From Octopus sinensis (taxonomy: Eukaryota), in NCBI RefSeq assembly GCF_006345805.1, contig NC_043010.1:12400001-12464000 (forward strand): a DNA stretch of 64,000 nucleotides, read 5' to 3'. Below are positions 12,141 through 24,829 of the stretch, piece by piece. The position numbers were made by a program, and so were the translations under genes. Numbering within the stretch: position 1 is the first letter of the stretch; every line of letters starts with the position of its first letter. The notes beneath the pieces are model-generated. The model saw only the letters and a program-made list of their open reading frames with translations, searched no databases and was not told where the DNA came from.

Positions 12141-12906
12141 AGGAGTGTGCATGCTTGTATATGTATTGCAGCATGCATACGAGTGTACTTTAAAAACCTC
12201 TGCTTGCATTTTTTCTCATATACATACCCACCACCCTATCAATAGATTGGACGAAAAGGAGCAAAAATGAGTAAGCAATGAAAAAACAAAAAACAAAAAA
12301 AAAAAAAACACGATGTATGCATCATAGCCGAGGTGGCAAGTAATCCTTACTGCTCCTCCTCCTCCTCCCGCTCCTCATCCTCCTCCACCCTTCTCTCCAT
12401 TTATCTGCTTCGTCCCCTCTCCGCCGTTCCTTTGTACCACGTTTGCCACTGACATGCACAGCACAAGTTTTGTCCATGCAGTTGATTCTATAACTCTTAT
12501 AAGACTATTTATAGAAATGGCCAATCGGATTTTTATACAATATTGACTGACCAATGACTGTGTTCAAGAGTGTGATCAATAATGTTGGCACCGTACATCC
12601 CAGACTCTGTAGCATAAATTCTGACCAGTGTTATTATATTTTTCCTCTTTCGCCAGAACTACCACCCGCATTTTTTATTTTTTTGGTGGCCGTTGTTGTT
12701 GTTGTTCTTCTTCTTGTTGTTGTTGTCATTTTCTCTGTTGTGTCTTTTTTTTGCATTTATTTATTTATTTATTTATTTATCCATTTTTTTTTGTTTTTTG
12801 TTTTGTAAGAATTTGTTTGTGTTGAAAGAAAATAGATTGCCATCACACTCGCTATGTTATTAACACTGGCACCAAATGTCTAAAATGCTTTGGTTATGAT
12901 TGGATT

Positions 12907-13503
12907 ACATGCACACACACACACACACATCCTTGCACACATGCACACACTCATGCACATATGCACACACTCATGCACACATACACACACCAGGACCCAT
13001 GCATACATACTCACATATGCACACACAGAAACTCATGCACACATGCAAACATACATACACATACTCACAGATCCATGCATACACACACACATCCTTGCAC
13101 ACATGCACACACTCATGCACATATGCACACATACACACACCAGGACCCATGCACACATGCTCACATATGCACACACAGAAACTCATGCACACACATACTC
13201 ACAGATCCATGCATACACACACACACACACATCCTTGCACACATTCACACATGCACACATACACACACCAGGACCCATGCACACATGCTCACATATGCAC
13301 ACACATACTCACAGATCCATGCATACACACACACACACATCCTTGCACACATGCACACATACGCACACCAGGACCCATGCACACATACTCACATATGCAC
13401 ACACAGAAACTCATGCACACACGCAAACATACACACACATACTCACAGATCCATGCATACACACACACACACAGATCCACACACATACACAACATGCACA
13501 CTC
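12907..13503. repeat. CA-rich composite minisatellite with shuffled modules
   Basis: Recurring modules caggacccatgc, cacagaaactcatgc, ctcacagatccatgc, atccttgcacac. Confidence 0.9.
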
Positions 13504-14088
13504 ATAAAACAATGAAAACAAAAAGTTAAAAACTGATATAAAAATGAAGATGAAATATGCCAATTATTGTATACCCATCATAAATGAATAAATGTTTGTC
13601 AATATAAACAAATAGGCAAACTTTTGATCTGTGAAAAACTATATATAATATATCTATAAACAATTCTTAAGTAATGTATTCTCACTCAATTGACGATATT
13701 GACATCCTTTATAGATAAATAATATCACCATAAAATATATTATTGTTATGGACTGCTGTGGGTTTCATGATCCTGCAAATTTCATATCGCTATCAGCAGA
13801 TCTTTTATTTTGGATTGTTTCAGATGATCATATCAATGTTCTGCTCCATTGAACAATACATATCATTCAGGATGTAACTCACATTTTTATTGTCATTAAT
13901 AACTATATCAGACACGGTTGTGTGGTTAACAAGTTTGTTTTACAAATTTAGTGGTTTCGAGTTTGATTCCACCAGACAGCGCCTTAAACAAGTGTCTTCT
14001 ACTACAGACTTGCATCAACCAATACAAATACATCATACATTTATATTTGCTGGATAGAAAGTCACCAAAGGGATTGGTTTACGCTTAA

Positions 14089-14827
14089 TTCTTTAGTATT
14101 TAGATTTCTTTGACAAATGTTGTTTGTTCCTTCTTGAGCCACGCCTGGCTCATAGGGCCAGTTTCCCAGTTTCCTTGGTATGGCTGTTCGCCAGCCTCGT
14201 CTGGCACCTGTGTCGGTGGCACATAAAAAGCACCCACTACACTCACAGAGTGGTTGGCGTTAGGAAGGGCATCCAGCTATAGAAACACCGCCAGATATGA
14301 CTGGCCTGGTGCAGCCTTCGAGCTTCCCAGACCCCAGTTGAATCATCCAACCCATGCTAGCATGGAAAGCGGACGTTAAGCGATGATTCTGATGATAGGT
14401 TCCCCACCTGGATTATCTGTCGCAGGTGAGCTACAAGATGTAGGAGGAAAGAGCAAGAGAAAGTTGTGGCGAAAGACTCAGCAGAAGTTTGCCATTTCCT
14501 TCTGCCGGAGCCTCATGGAGCTTAGGTGTTTCACTCATAAACACACACATCGCACGGTCTGGGATTCAAACCCGTGATCCCTCGACCGCGATTCCACTGC
14601 TCTAACCTCTAGGCCATGTGCCTCCACTTTGACAAATGTAATGCTTATTTATTCACATTGTTTTGAATTAACTATGCATTATTTTGTAGCTTCAAGATTT
14701 CGAAGGTGTGTTTGTTTATTTTTAGAATGACATTGTAGGGTAGGTGTGACAGGTTGGATCTGGTCAGTTCTAACACAAAACAGGTAGAATATTTGGGGTG
14801 GATATGGTTGGTTTAAATGCTAAAGGG
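14089..14827. mobile_element. TTAA-flanked piggyBac-like MITE interrupted by nested SINEs
   Basis: ttaa|ttctttagtattta ... taaatgctaaaggg|ttaa; internal insertion bounded by a 13-bp TSD. Confidence 0.7.
14121..14626 (-). mobile_element. SINE family C-like with 13-bp TSD, itself interrupted by an RTE-tail element (~14181-14393, + strand)
   Basis: TSD CTTTGACAAATGT at 14108-14120 and 14627-14639; the internal segment matches the RTE 3' end and ends in gatgattctgatg. Confidence 0.85.
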
Positions 14828-14906
14828 TTAATTTCTCATCCTTTATAACACAGGTACTTTAGCTGAATCTGATTTGTTACAAGCCTTTGAATCAGGTACC
14901 TAGTCT

Positions 14907-15110
14907 CATCATCACCATCATCATTGTTTTAACATCCATTTTTTATATGCTTGCATGGGTTGGATGCAATTTGTCAAGGCGGATCTTTTATAATCAGATG
15001 TTCTTTCTGTTGCCAACCCTTATTTGGTTCGGAGTAAAGTAAATTTTTCCCTATGACCAGATATGTCTCCTTGTTTCCTTGGTAACGTTGAAACGAAGGG
15101 CATGCTCGTA
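14907..15110 (-). mobile_element. Old RTE-tail-related SINE fragment
   Basis: catcatcattgttttaacatcc...tgcttgcatgggttggatg; similar to 50110-50320 and 40200-40255. Confidence 0.6.
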
Positions 15111-15232
15111 TGACTGAGAATTGTTTGTAATTATCATACATGGAAGTAAAAATGAAGAAACCCCTTCACACACACACACACACACATGTATGTAAGTGTG
15201 TGTGTGTGTGTGTGTGTGTGTATACACATATA

Positions 15233-16012
15233 TATATTAGAAGAAATGAAGTACTCAGAAATTCGGATGGTTTTATATTTACAGATATTTATTTGTATGG
15301 GTAAAGACCCCCTTCGGTCATGAATGACCATGGGATTGCACCTAGAAAGTTACCCTCCTAGACACAAGTCCGGGCAAGGTTGTTTACGGAAGGCCAGCAG
15401 TCGCCCATGCATACCGGCCTCCCCTCTCCACGCCACCAGTGTTATCCAAGGGAAAGGCAAAGGTCGATACAGCTTGGCACCTGTGACGTCGCAACTCATT
15501 TCTACAGCTGAGTGAACTGGAGCAACGTGAAATAAAGTGCTTTGCTCAAGAACACAACACGCAGCCCAGACCGGGATTTGAGCTCACAACCTCACAATCG
15601 TAAGCTCGACGCTCTAACCACTGAGCCATGTATATTACATGTTTTTATACATCATATAACATATATCATATATCATATATTAGCACTTTTGCCCATTCTA
15701 GTGGCGTTTTCAAATTGAACTCAGTTCTTGGAGAAAATTTGACTATTTTTATAGTGTTATTGAGTGTGTAGTGGTGGGGAGAGATATAAGATAGTACAAG
15801 AGAGTGTACTCTTGTACTATCTTAACTATAAAAATAGTCAAATTTTCCCCAAGAACTTATTTCAATTTGAAAACTCCACTAGAATGGACGAAAGTGCTAA
15901 TATATGATATATGATATAAGTTATATGATGTATAAAAACATGTAATATACAAATAAATATCTGTAAATATAAAACCATCCAAATTTCTGAGTACCTCATT
16001 TCTTCTAATATA
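15233..16012. repeat. Foldback element (~200-bp arms) with a SINE inserted in its left arm
   Basis: tatattagaagaaatgaagtactcagaa... pairs with ...ttctgagtacctcatttcttctaatata; central hairpin aagatagtacaagag/ctcttgtactatctt. Confidence 0.88.
15299..15628 (-). mobile_element. tRNA-like SINE family D with 5-bp TSD
   Basis: Reverse head tggctcagtggttagagc...gagctcaaatccc; ttcttgagcaaagcacttt core; TGTAT duplicated at 15294-15298 and 15629-15633. Confidence 0.8.
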
Positions 16013-16043
16013 AAATACCTGTACATCATCTCCAAACCTTCAA

Positions 16044-16090
<47 letters not shown>

Positions 16091-16302
16091 TATATATTTG
16101 AAAGTCTTTGTGAAAATTACTTGATGCAGTTTTTAAGTATAAAGGGGGATTTTTTTCAATTTATATTTTTTTTTAAACTTATAAAATCATTTAACAGGAT
16201 GTGACTAACATTTTCGGAAGAAGTTTTTTTTTCCTAGTGTGTGTTAGTACTTTCAATTTATCTTTTCAAATATATATGCTCTCCTTGTTTTTTTCTGTGT
16301 CC

Positions 16303-16338
16303 CTTTCTGTAGAAGAGCGTAGGCTCAAAATGTAAAAG
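16303..16338 (+). ncRNA. Degenerate minimal hammerhead-ribozyme motif
   Basis: cttt-CTGTAGA-a-GAGC gtag GCTC-AAAA-tGTA-aaag; stems I and II intact, core changes partly explicable by CpG decay. Confidence 0.45.
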
Positions 16339-16664
16339 ACGTTTTCTATTCCTGAGCGTTATACTAATACATCTGCTTGTTTTGTACACCACCTGTCTTC
16401 GTCTTTTGTTTTTTTTGTAAACTCTCCCTGTAAATATATATATATAAATCCACTGTTATCCTTAATGTTGAACTGTTATACAACCACTTCAGTATAGCAG
16501 TATAGTTTTTAGACCAGTAAAGACACAACTAGTCTTGTGAGGGAGTTCAATAGACAGGAACTGAAAAAGCCTGTTGTGTGAGTTTATTTATTTATTTATG
16601 TATTTATGTATGTATGTATGTATATGTATGTATGTATGTATGTATGTATTTGCCTATGTATGTA

Positions 16665-17577
16665 TCAATAATATAATTTAAGAACACTGAATTCAGGTTA
16701 ACGAATAAGGATAGAGGCAGAGCTGTAAAAACCTGTAAATGCGGAGACCCTAAATTATGACCTTTGAAGGGATCATGTCTGACTACCAATGTGATTTATA
16801 AGTGTTTGAATAGGGTCTACATTAGTAGCACTGTTAATTTTAAGGCTAGATACTGGGCCCATATAAATTCATTTTCTAATGAGAAATACTGTAATTTGAC
16901 TACATTGGCCTCTTACATACATAGTTTTAAGAAGGACAAAAGAATTTACAATCTTGAATGGTCTGTGAGTTAAAAGCCCCCTTGTTTTAGTGCCAATATT
17001 AATAAATATGGGTTATGTATAAAGGAATCTCTCACCATTCTCAAAACTTTTGGACCTAAAACATCAAATAAGTTCACTGGGGTAATCCATTCCTATAACC
17101 ATAAATTTTCTTCAACATTTAAAAAAAATATACAGGAGAAAGATTAAAGGTGTTAAATAGTATTATATTACTAGATTTTGAAACCATATATTTAAATTCA
17201 TATGAATGGAAGCCCTGTAGTTTGTTTGCTATGTAATTAAATCTAAAAAATAAGTTGTTTTTGTTGTATTTTTGGACTAATTTGGTTACATTTTATTTTA
17301 TATACTTTTCATTTTAAATTTTTAGTTGATTTACTTACTGTAATAATCCTTTTTAGATAATCTTTAGTCGAGTTTTATATACATTTTCTGGGCAGTTCCT
17401 GTGTATTTTATATTCTTTTATATATGATTTTTGCTGGTGTTTGGGGTTTTTTTGGGGTTTTTTTTTTTTCACATTTGAAAGTCATGGTATCATTTATATT
17501 GTAATGAAGTGTAGAAGTGTGGATATATAAAGTTCATTAACCTGAATTCAATGTTTGTTCTTAAATTATATTATTGA
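16665..17577 (+). mobile_element. Penelope-like retroelement 3' fragment (GIY-YIG endonuclease remnant) with inverted terminal copy
   Basis: CKC..PLKGSCLTTNVIYKC..VYISST..FKARY..HINSF..TTLASYI..LEWSV..GLCIKE resembles the PLE GIY-YIG domain; 16665-16705 is an inverted copy of 17533-17577. Confidence 0.8.
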
Positions 17578-17581
17578 TTTG

Positions 17582-17729
17582 TACATACATACGTACGCAC
17601 ATACATACATACATATGTACATACATACATGCATACATACATACATACATACATGCATACATACATACATACATAAATACATACATGCATACATACATAC
17701 ATACATGCATACATACATACATACATACA

Positions 17730-17791
<62 letters not shown>

Positions 17792-17870
17792 CATACATAC
17801 ATACATATGTGCGTACATACACACATACATACATACATACATACATACATACATACATACACACACTCAC
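17582..17870. repeat. (CATA)n microsatellite
   Basis: Direct inspection. Confidence 0.95.
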
Positions 17871-18234
17871 ACAACAGGCTTTTTCAGTTCTTGTCTACTG
17901 AATTCGTTCATAAGACTTTGGTTATCCCACAGCTAAAGAAGACACTTGCCCAAGGTGTCATGCAGTTGGACTAAATCTGAAGCCAAATGGTTGAGAAGCA
18001 AACTTCTTTGCCACACAGTCATGCCTGCATCTCTTGTCTTATCTTTGGATAATAACTCTTCTCTTTCACTCCCTATTCGTAAAGGTCCTGAAAAAAGATT
18101 AATTTTCCTTTGACCAAACCATAAAGAAATAACACAAAAACTTTTCATTTCATTTCACTACTAATTAGAAATTATAAGACGATGTTAGACATAAATGCTA
18201 AAAGGGAGCACTGAACATAATGTAAAAATATGGG

Positions 18235-18660
18235 TTTCAAATTTTGGAACCAGGCCTACAATTTCAGCAGCAGGGATAAGTGAGTTACACTGACCCCTAT
18301 TCAACTGGTACTTATTTTACTGACTCTGAAAGGATGAAAGATAAAGTTGACCTCAGTGGAATTTGAACTCAAAAGTAATGCCAAATAAAATGTCTTTAAC
18401 CCTTTCGATACCAACCCGGCTGAAACCGGCTCTGGCTCTGTATTACAAATGTCTTGTTTTCATAAGTTTTGAACTAAAATCTTCCACCAAACCTTAGTCA
18501 CAATTTATGTTCCTAACACCAGCTTAATGATAACTAAGTTGTTTTACTAAATTCTTTGTTATATTTAAAATTAATTGAACGAAACACAGAGCATCTTAAA
18601 ATAAATACGGTAACAAAAGGGTTAAGCAATTTGTCTGGCCCAATTACAATTCTGCCATTT
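18235..18660 (-). mobile_element. SINE family B interrupted by a MITE
   Basis: ctggtacttattttac...aaggatgaaag...gaatttgaactc, continuing after 18625 (gcaatttgtctggccc...ttctgcca). Confidence 0.7.
18400..18621. mobile_element. piggyBac-like MITE (~222 bp)
   Basis: TTAA|CCCTTTCGATACC ... GGTAACAAAAGGG|TTAA; same family at 59140-59360 and 59385-59604, decayed copies at ~27455-27595 and ~58500-58710. Confidence 0.88.
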
Positions 18661-18999
18661 CAATATCTTACCATGAAGAAATAGTGCCATCAAATCAAAT
18701 TTGGTTTCAAAACTCACATCTTAGAGGTAGCTGTATATATATTTTTATGTACTACTTGACAAAAGAGGGAGCCCCTATGTGATTGCTTAATATGCTAGAA
18801 ATAGGAACCAAGTGAAAGTTTTCTCACATCATACACTAGTGTCTTTAAATGAATTAAAAACACATTGGATAATATTATCCTTGGGTATACCATCTCAAAA
18901 ACTGAATATTAATAGCTGATCATATCTCTGAACTTGGACATGTTTACTTGATAAAGGTGGTCTAGGGGCGAGACAGCTATATTAATAACTACAATAATA

Positions 19000-19215
19000 A
19001 GCCTTTCTACTATAGGCACAAGGCCTGCAATTTTGGGGGAGGGGTAAGTCAATCACATCAACCCCAGTACTTGACAGGTACTTAGAGTATTGACCCCAAG
19101 AGGATGAAAGGCAAAGTTGACCTCAGCTGAATTTGAACTCAGAACATAAAGACAAACGAAATACTGCTAAGCATTTCACCCAGCGTGCTTACAATTCTGC
19201 CAGCACACTGCCTTA
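19000..19215 (-). mobile_element. SINE family B
   Basis: cctttctactataggcacaaggcctg...aggatgaaaggcaaagttgacctc...ttctgccagc. Confidence 0.8.
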
Positions 19216-19307
19216 TACAACTACGATGATAATAACACAACAGCAACCACGTCTGTGACTAAAAGATTCAAGAAATTCATCATTCTCAAACAATCTAATC
19301 ATGATAG

Positions 19308-19960
19308 GCACAGGAGTAGCTGTGTGGTAAGTAGCTTGCTAACTAACCACATGGTTCCGGGTTCAGTCCACTCTTTTTACTCTTTTACTTGTTTCAGTCA
19401 TTTGACTGTGGCCATGCTGGAGCACCGCCTTTAGTCGAGCAAATCGACCCCAGGACTTATTCTTTGTTAGCCTAGTACTTATTCTATCGGTCCCTCTTGC
19501 CGAACCGCTAAGTTATGGGGATGTAAACACACCAGCATCGGTTGTCAAGCGATGTTGGGGGGGGGACAAATACAAACAGCAAAATTTAGATTCAGATGAA
19601 TATGGTACTTAAGTTAAAGGCACCCGAATTTTGTATGGTATTATCCATATAAATCAAATGGGGTGATTATAATCCAAATAAGCAACAAGGATATCCAAGG
19701 TAGAGTAGTACTATTCAACCTTGTATATACTTGGTGCTTATTTTGATTATATATATATATATATATATATACATATATATACATATTATATATACATGTA
19801 TACAATGGGCTTTTTTTAGTTTCCGCCTACCAAATCCACTCACAAGGCTTTGGTCGACACAAGGCTATAGTAGAATACACTTGCTCAAGGTGCCACGCAA
19901 TGGGACTGAACTTGGAACGATGTGGTTTGTAAGCAAGCTACTTACCACACAGCCACTCCA
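19308..19960. mobile_element. Rearranged SINE family A pieces: + strand head abutting a - strand copy split by a foreign insert
   Basis: Head 19308-19370 (+); tail 19371-19575 and body 19803-19960 (-); insert 19577-19750. Confidence 0.75.
19577..19750. repeat. Dispersed repeat ending in an 82-bp palindrome
   Basis: 19577-19668 matches 51015-51107 (reverse complement); palindrome 19669-19750 centred on AGTACT. Confidence 0.8.
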
Positions 19961-20324
19961 TATTTTTATATCACAATTTATAAACAATGACATCACTAGA
20001 TAAATTTTTCTTAGATATCATTCACTGCTTCACTCCATTCCTGATGGTGTTTGTACCTCAGCGCATAACAAATATCAGAAAATAGTTCCATCAAAGACCT
20101 CGAGTTTGTGTTTTCGAGCCAATGTTTACAATCTTTCATTTGCTTACTTTGGTAAAAACAATATACACGCAAACACACATATGTATATGTAATCGGGTAT
20201 TTATTCATTGTGGAGGGGTGTGTTTATATAGAGTTGATAAACAGGTGTAGATAGACAAATAAAGACAGGAGGATAAATAGACAGATACAGATAGTCAGAT
20301 ATCAAGAAGCAGACAGAAAGATAA

Positions 20325-21570
20325 AGACAGATATAGACTAGATTGACAGAAGAATAGACAGACAGATATAGACTAGATTGACAGAAGAATAGACAGACAG
20401 ATATAGACTAGATTGACAGAAGAATAGACAGGCAGATATAGACTAGATTGACAGAAGAATAGACAGACAGATATAGACTAGATTGACAGAAGAATAGACA
20501 GACAGATATAGACTAGATTGACAGAAGAATAGACAGACAGATATAGACTAGATTGACAGGAGAATAGACAGACAGATATAGACTAGATTGACAGAAGAAT
20601 AGACAGACAGATATAGACTAGATTGACAGAAGAATAGACAGACAGATATAGACTAGATTGACAGAAGAATAGACAGACAGATATAGACTAGATTGACAGG
20701 AGAATAGGCAGACAGATATAGATTAGATTGACGGAAGAATAGACAGACAGATATAGACTAGATTGACAGAAGAATAGACAGACAGATATAGACTAGATTG
20801 ACAGGAGAATAGACAGACAGATATAGACTAGATTGACGGAAGAATAGACAGACAGATATAGACTAGATTGACAGAAGAATAGACAGACAGATATAGACTA
20901 GATTGACAGAAGAATAGACAGACAGATATAGACTAGATTGACAGAAGAATAGACAGACAGATATAGACTAGATTGACAGAAGAATAGACAGACAGATATA
21001 GACTAGATTGACAGAAGATTAGACAGACAGATATATTGACTAGATTGACAGAAGAATAGATAGATATATTGACAGAAGAATAGACAGACAGATATAGACT
21101 AGATTGACAGAAGAATAGACAGACAGATATATTGACAGAAGAATAGACAGACAGATATATTGACAGAAGAATAGACAGACATATATGTTGACAGAAGAAT
21201 AGACAGACAGATATAGACCAGATTGACAGAAGAATAGACAGACAGATATAGAGTAGATTGACAGAAGAATAGACAGACAGATATAGACTAGATTGACAGA
21301 AGAATAGACAGACAGATATAGACTAGATTGACAGAAGATTAGACAGACAGATATATTGACTAGATTGACAGAAGAATAGATAGATATATTGACAGAAGAA
21401 TAGACAGACAGATATATTGACAGAAGAATAGACAGACAGATATATTGACAGAAGAATAGACAGACAGATATATTGACAGAAGAATAGACAGATATATATG
21501 TTGACAGAAGAATAGATAGACAGATATAGACCAGATTGACAGAAGAATAGACAGACAGATATAGACAGAT
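20325..21570. repeat. 35-bp minisatellite (agacagacagatatagactagattgacagaagaat), more than 30 units
   Basis: Period 35 (gattg at 20341, 20376...); shortened variants after ~21030. Confidence 0.95.
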
Positions 21571-22176
21571 AAAGTGATAAATGGCCTGTAGTGAAAGATA
21601 TTAGACCAAGGCACCATGCAGTGGGATTGAACCCAGAACCATGTTTTTGTGAAACAAATACCTTAACCAGAAAGTCGCGACCATGCTCCACGTCTTGCTC
21701 TTATGTAAGAAAATTGATATACTTTGATAGATTAAAAAAAAAAAAACTCAAGTTATATTAATAATAATATATTTTAATTAATGTCTTGGGAAGGTTACAT
21801 GATAACATGTCATAATAAAGAAAGTTTACAGCAGTTGCTAATGGAACCAATAGTTTTAGATATAGCAATCTCTCAAAGGTACAGAAAAGATATAAATATT
21901 TGCAAACATCTTGCCTGCAATTGGAATGTCCAACAATTCCTCTTCAATCTCATCAGCAACATGATTTCACTTTAGTATTTACCATATTTTGATGCTAAAA
22001 CACAGAAAACAACTGAAAGTTAAATATAAAGCTAAAAACAGCAGTTTAGTTACAAAATTGAATATGTACATAGATATATATATTATATAAATTATGTATT
22101 AAATAAATATATGCATGTATGTATGTATACAGTATACATGTGTAATAAATATCAATGTATATACATGCATATATAT

Positions 22177-22227
<51 letters not shown>

Positions 22228-22230
<3 letters not shown>

Positions 22231-22408
22231 TCGTCTGTCGTTACGTTCTGAGATCAAATTCCGCCGAGGTCGACTTTGCCTTTCATCCTTTCGTGGTCGA
22301 TTAAATAAAGTACCAGTTACACACTGGGATCAATGTAATCGACTTAATCCCTTTGTCTGTCCTTGTTCGTCCCCTATATGTTTAGCCCCTTGTGGGCAAT
22401 AAAGAAAT
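22228..22408 (+). mobile_element. SINE family B, 5'-truncated
   Basis: Matches 10530-10711. Confidence 0.85.
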
Positions 22409-22427
22409 ATATGTGTGTGTGTGTGTT

Positions 22428-22745
22428 AGGTGTAGGAGTAGCTTGCTTACCAGCCACATGGTTCCGGGTTCTGAAAGAAGCCCATTGTATATATGTATAT
22501 ATATGTATGTGTGTGTATATGTTTGTGTGTCTGTGTTTGCCCCCCCCCCCCCAACATCGCTTGACAACCGATGCTTGCGTGTTTATGTCCCCGTAACTTA
22601 GCGGTTTGGCAAAAGAGACTGATAGAATAAGTACTAGGCTTACAAAGAATAAGTCCTGGGGTCGATTTGCTTGCCTAAAGGCAGTGCTCCAGCATGGCCA
22701 CAGTCAAATGACTGAAACAAGTAAAGGAGTAAAAGAGTAAAAAAA
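22428..22745 (+). mobile_element. SINE family A with internal deletion
   Basis: Head joined directly to ctgaaagaagccc; full tail present. Confidence 0.85.
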
Positions 22746-22774
22746 GTATAGATATGTATATATATGTGTGTGTA

Positions 22775-22793
22775 TATAATATATTCATACATA

Positions 22794-22836
<43 letters not shown>

Positions 22837-22853
22837 TCATACATAATACATAT

Positions 22854-22899
<46 letters not shown>

Positions 22900-22905
22900 T
22901 ACATA

Positions 22906-22940
<35 letters not shown>

Positions 22941-22946
22941 TACATA

Positions 22947-22981
<35 letters not shown>

Positions 22982-23172
22982 TACATAATACATATAATAT
23001 ATATATATATATCATACATAATACATATATAATATATATTATATATATATATTATATATATATATTCATACATAATACATATATATATATATTCATACAT
23101 ATTCATACATATACATATATATATATATATATATATACATACATACATATATATATATATATATCATACATA

Positions 23173-23217
<45 letters not shown>

Positions 23218-23309
23218 TACATAATACATAGATATATATATATTATATATAATTCATACATAATACATATATATATTATATATATATATATAATATATTC
23301 ATACATATT

Positions 23310-23350
<41 letters not shown>

Positions 23351-23486
23351 TTCATACATAATACATATATATATATATATAGATATATATATATTATATA
23401 TATTCATACATAATACATATATATAATATATATATATATGGTATTATGTATGAATATATATATATATATATATATATTCATACATA

Positions 23487-23525
<39 letters not shown>

Positions 23526-23545
23526 TACATATTATATATATATAT

Positions 23546-23583
<38 letters not shown>

Positions 23584-23726
23584 CATACATAATACACATA
23601 TATATATATATATATATATATATTCATACATAATACATATATATATATATATATATAATATATATTCATACATAATACATATATATATATATATATATAA
23701 TATATATTCATACATATTACATATAT

Positions 23727-23763
<37 letters not shown>

Positions 23764-23825
23764 TCATACATAATACACATATAATATATATATATCTATA
23801 TATATATTCATACATGATACATATG
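22775..23825. repeat. (TA)n-based minisatellite punctuated by ttcatacataatacata
   Basis: Motif recurs about 20 times, separated by variable TA runs. Confidence 0.9.
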
Positions 23826-24203
23826 TATACATGACACTCACATATACTTATTTTGTAAGTGTATGCGTGTGTACTATCCATATATTTATTCCCTGTGTGT
23901 GTGTGTGTTTTCTAAAGTTGGCACATGGCCAGCAAACATTTTGGTGGAAGTTACTGTCAATCAAGTCAACCTAAGCATTTGATTGAGACTTAGAATATCG
24001 ACCATAGCGAAATGAAAGTTGAGCTCAAAAACCATTTGAAGTCAGAACATGATGATATGTAACCCGATATCTCAATGCATTTCATCCAGTATTGAATGAA
24101 ATCTGCTACCCACCGCATGCTTGCAAATATATATATGTGTGTGTGTGTGTGTGTATGTGTGTGTGTGTGGAGAGAGAAAGAGATAGAGAGGTAATATATA
24201 TAG

Positions 24204-24618
24204 AGGTGCAGGAGTGTCTGTGTGGTAAGTAGCTTGCTAACCAACCACATGGTTCCGGGTTCAGTCCCACTGCGTGGCATCTTGGGCAAGTGTCTTCTGC
24301 TATAGCCCCGGGCTGACCAATGCCTTGTGAGTGGATTTGATAGACGGAAACTGAAAGAAGCCTGTCGTATATATGTATTTATATATATATGTGTATGTGT
24401 GTGTGTTTGTGTGTCTGTGTTTGTCCCCCTAGCATTGCTTGACAACCGATGCTGGTGTGTTTACGTCCCCGTCACTTAGCGGTTTGGCAAAAGAGACCGA
24501 TAGAATAAGTACTGGGCTTACAAAGAATAAGTCCCGGGGTCGATTTGCTCGACTAAAGGCGGTGCTCCAGCATGGCCGCAGTCAAATGACTGAAACAAGT
24601 AAAAGAGTAAAAGAGTAG
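24204..24618 (+). mobile_element. SINE family A, full length
   Basis: Complete head, core and (gagtaaaa) tail. Confidence 0.92.
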
Positions 24619-24829
24619 AGGTGTATGTGTGTGAGTGTGCATGAATGCATATGGCCAAGTGGTTAGAGTGTTGGGCTCAGAATCGCATGATCATGGTTTC
24701 AATCCCAGACTGCCAGTGTATTGTTTTTTTTTTTGAGCAAAAAACACTTCGTTTTATGTTGCTCCAGTTCACTCAGCTGTAAATGCGCAATCCTTTGGCA
24801 GATTGGTATCATTTTGTGCAGCACGGAGA

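Noticed and set aside
12890-13529. His/Thr-rich 200-aa ORFs (histidine-rich protein)
   Set aside because: All three frames are open because of the CA-rich repeat.
20325-21570. CRISPR-like regular 35-bp periodicity
   Set aside because: No unique spacers, no cas genes, eukaryotic context; it is a minisatellite.
21900-22010. Possible minus-strand exon (NHVADEIEEELLDIPIA)
   Set aside because: All frames from the strong acceptor hit stops and there is no canonical donor for the acidic frame.
24204-24290. SINE heads as tRNA genes
   Set aside because: A/B-box-like motifs only; no complete cloverleaf, and each continues into a SINE body.
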